A stretch of 64,000 nt of DNA, from the NCBI GenBank assembly GCA_051294375.1, contig CM119267.1:12657081-12721080 (forward strand). Reading direction: 5' to 3'. This stretch comes from Paraspadella gotoi. Its lineage: Eukaryota > Animalia > Chaetognatha. The first letter of the stretch is position 1. The number at the start of each line of letters is the position of its first letter. Shown one piece after another: positions 62,546 through 64,000 of this stretch. The notes below the pieces were generated by a model that had not been told where the DNA came from, ran no database searches, and saw only the letters and a program-made list of their open reading frames with translations. The position numbers and the translations under genes are program-made.

Positions 62546-63287
62546 AAGTATTTATATCCTACAATCGGATCATCGACACGGGCTCGTTTCCGATGACATG
62601 GCATGGTCCGTTTCGAAAATGATTAATCCAATCAGTCCTCGCGGATTTCATTCGTTTTCTATTTGGCCCGGAACGAGGATTCGGTTTTACCCGTCGATTC
62701 CGTCGGACTAATGATTAGTACTACGTAGTTCAAATCTTATGTAGCCCACTTTTTCGCTCGTTAAGCAACGAAAAGTTGATCCCCCGGAACGCGGCTTTTT
62801 TGGTTCGTTTTTTGGCGATTACTTTTGAACGCGTGGACCGATTTTAATGAAATTTTAAACTAAGAAACTTGAGGGAATTTGCTATCGATCGATACCAAAT
62901 TTATTGAAAACGAGTCACGGGAAATAAAAGATAGTGTCTTGCTCATTTTCAGAATCGCCAGGAGCTCAGCTTCTTGAATCCATTTTGGGCTATTTTGAAG
63001 TTGATTTGAATGACTCTTTTTCTTAACCGATTAACGGTTAACTGTTAATCACCGATAAAAAATAATTTTAACTGATCGATTTGGTAATTTGGTAAAATTA
63101 ACCGGTTAATTTTAAAATTTATTAATTGAAATTTTTATTTGTTTTAAGTGTTATGGTTTTCCTTTGCAAGGCTTTTAACTATTTCTCAAAACTTTTTTCC
63201 CTAATTTCCCTATTAGATTATATATGTAAGTATTAAAAGTGAAAAATAATTTTTAATTTCACTATGAATTTATTTTAATTTTAAAAA

Positions 63288-63321
63288 AACATGTTTCGGC
63301 GAGGTTGTTAGCCTTCTTCAG
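63288..63321 (-). ncRNA. Minimal hammerhead ribozyme motif (Penelope type)
   Basis: Minus strand CTGAAGA-A-GGC-TAACAACCTC-GCC-GAAA-CATG-TT: intact CUGANGA and GAAA boxes, 3-bp stem II and palindromic CATG loop. Cleavage triplet and stem I unclear. Confidence 0.5.
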
Positions 63322-64000
63322 TGCAAATTTGGTTTGTGAAATTTCCCAATATATGATAATGAGAGAGAGAGAAATAGAGCTCTTTGTAGTGGTACATAAT
63401 AACATGTATTGAAGAGACAGTAATAATGCATAACAGAGAGAGACGTTAATGATAAAAGGTTGTGAGAAGAGACTGACGAGAGAGAGAGAGCCAATGACCA
63501 AGTAAAGAGAGAGAGAAAGAGAGAGAGTGAGAGAGAGAGTGAGACTGGTCAGTAACCGGCTTCTCTCGCGACCCTACAACATAGTGACCAACTAGGGTCA
63601 ACCCCGTGGTGGCGAAACCTTCGTCGCCATATCTTTCTTCTTATTATAATTTTACCATATTAAAAAAAAATAAACTATCAACTTAATATTTTCACCTTCA
63701 CTAACCCTAAACTACTCAACCATAACCTTAAGTACTACCAACTCAACCCTAACCCTAAACCACCTCAACCCGAACCCTAATCTGAGTTTAATTTAGGCAA
63801 AATCGCCATAACTAGAACGCTAGATGTAGTTCACAGCTAAATCGCCAAATGGCGAGGATGTCACGGCGATTTGGCAATTTAAGCACTTGGCCACGAAAAC
63901 ACTTTTGTGTATAAGTGATTGGAACTTGTTCTTAATGAATTCCCTAACCTCCCGACGTCATTTTGTTTTTCATAATGTATCCAACAGCCATTGTCGGCAT

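Overview
AT-rich, repeat-saturated eukaryotic (metazoan-like) DNA from an error-prone draft assembly with N gaps and many 1-bp indels. No host gene could be supported. The centre is a nested stack of LTR retrotransposons. A BEL/Pao element (LTRs 26870-27352 and 50753-51253) has its gag split by a 12.6-kb minus-strand Gypsy element (28631-41234, 4-bp TSD ATCG). Its 3' LTR abuts a second, plus-strand copy of the same Gypsy family, whose protease carries two TAG...CTA insertions with 7-bp TSDs. Most notable: the BEL element has no tRNA PBS. The 11 nt directly after its 5' LTR (GTAAAAAGCCG) are the exact complement of an 11-mer inside its own LTR (CGGCTTTTTAC), which is the geometry of Tf1-type self-primed reverse transcription. 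The same element has a post-integrase gene that becomes one 649-aa ORF if a 145-nt GT-AG intron is removed. The Gypsy family has extra coding sequence both 5' of gag and 3' of pol. The flanks hold hAT and TA-target MITEs, DINE-1/Helentron-like elements, a tRNA-derived SINE, Penelope-type minimal hammerhead motifs, a TRIM-like mini LTR element and a CCA-bearing tRNA-Leu 3' fragment. All calls were made by eye, with no alignments or database searches.
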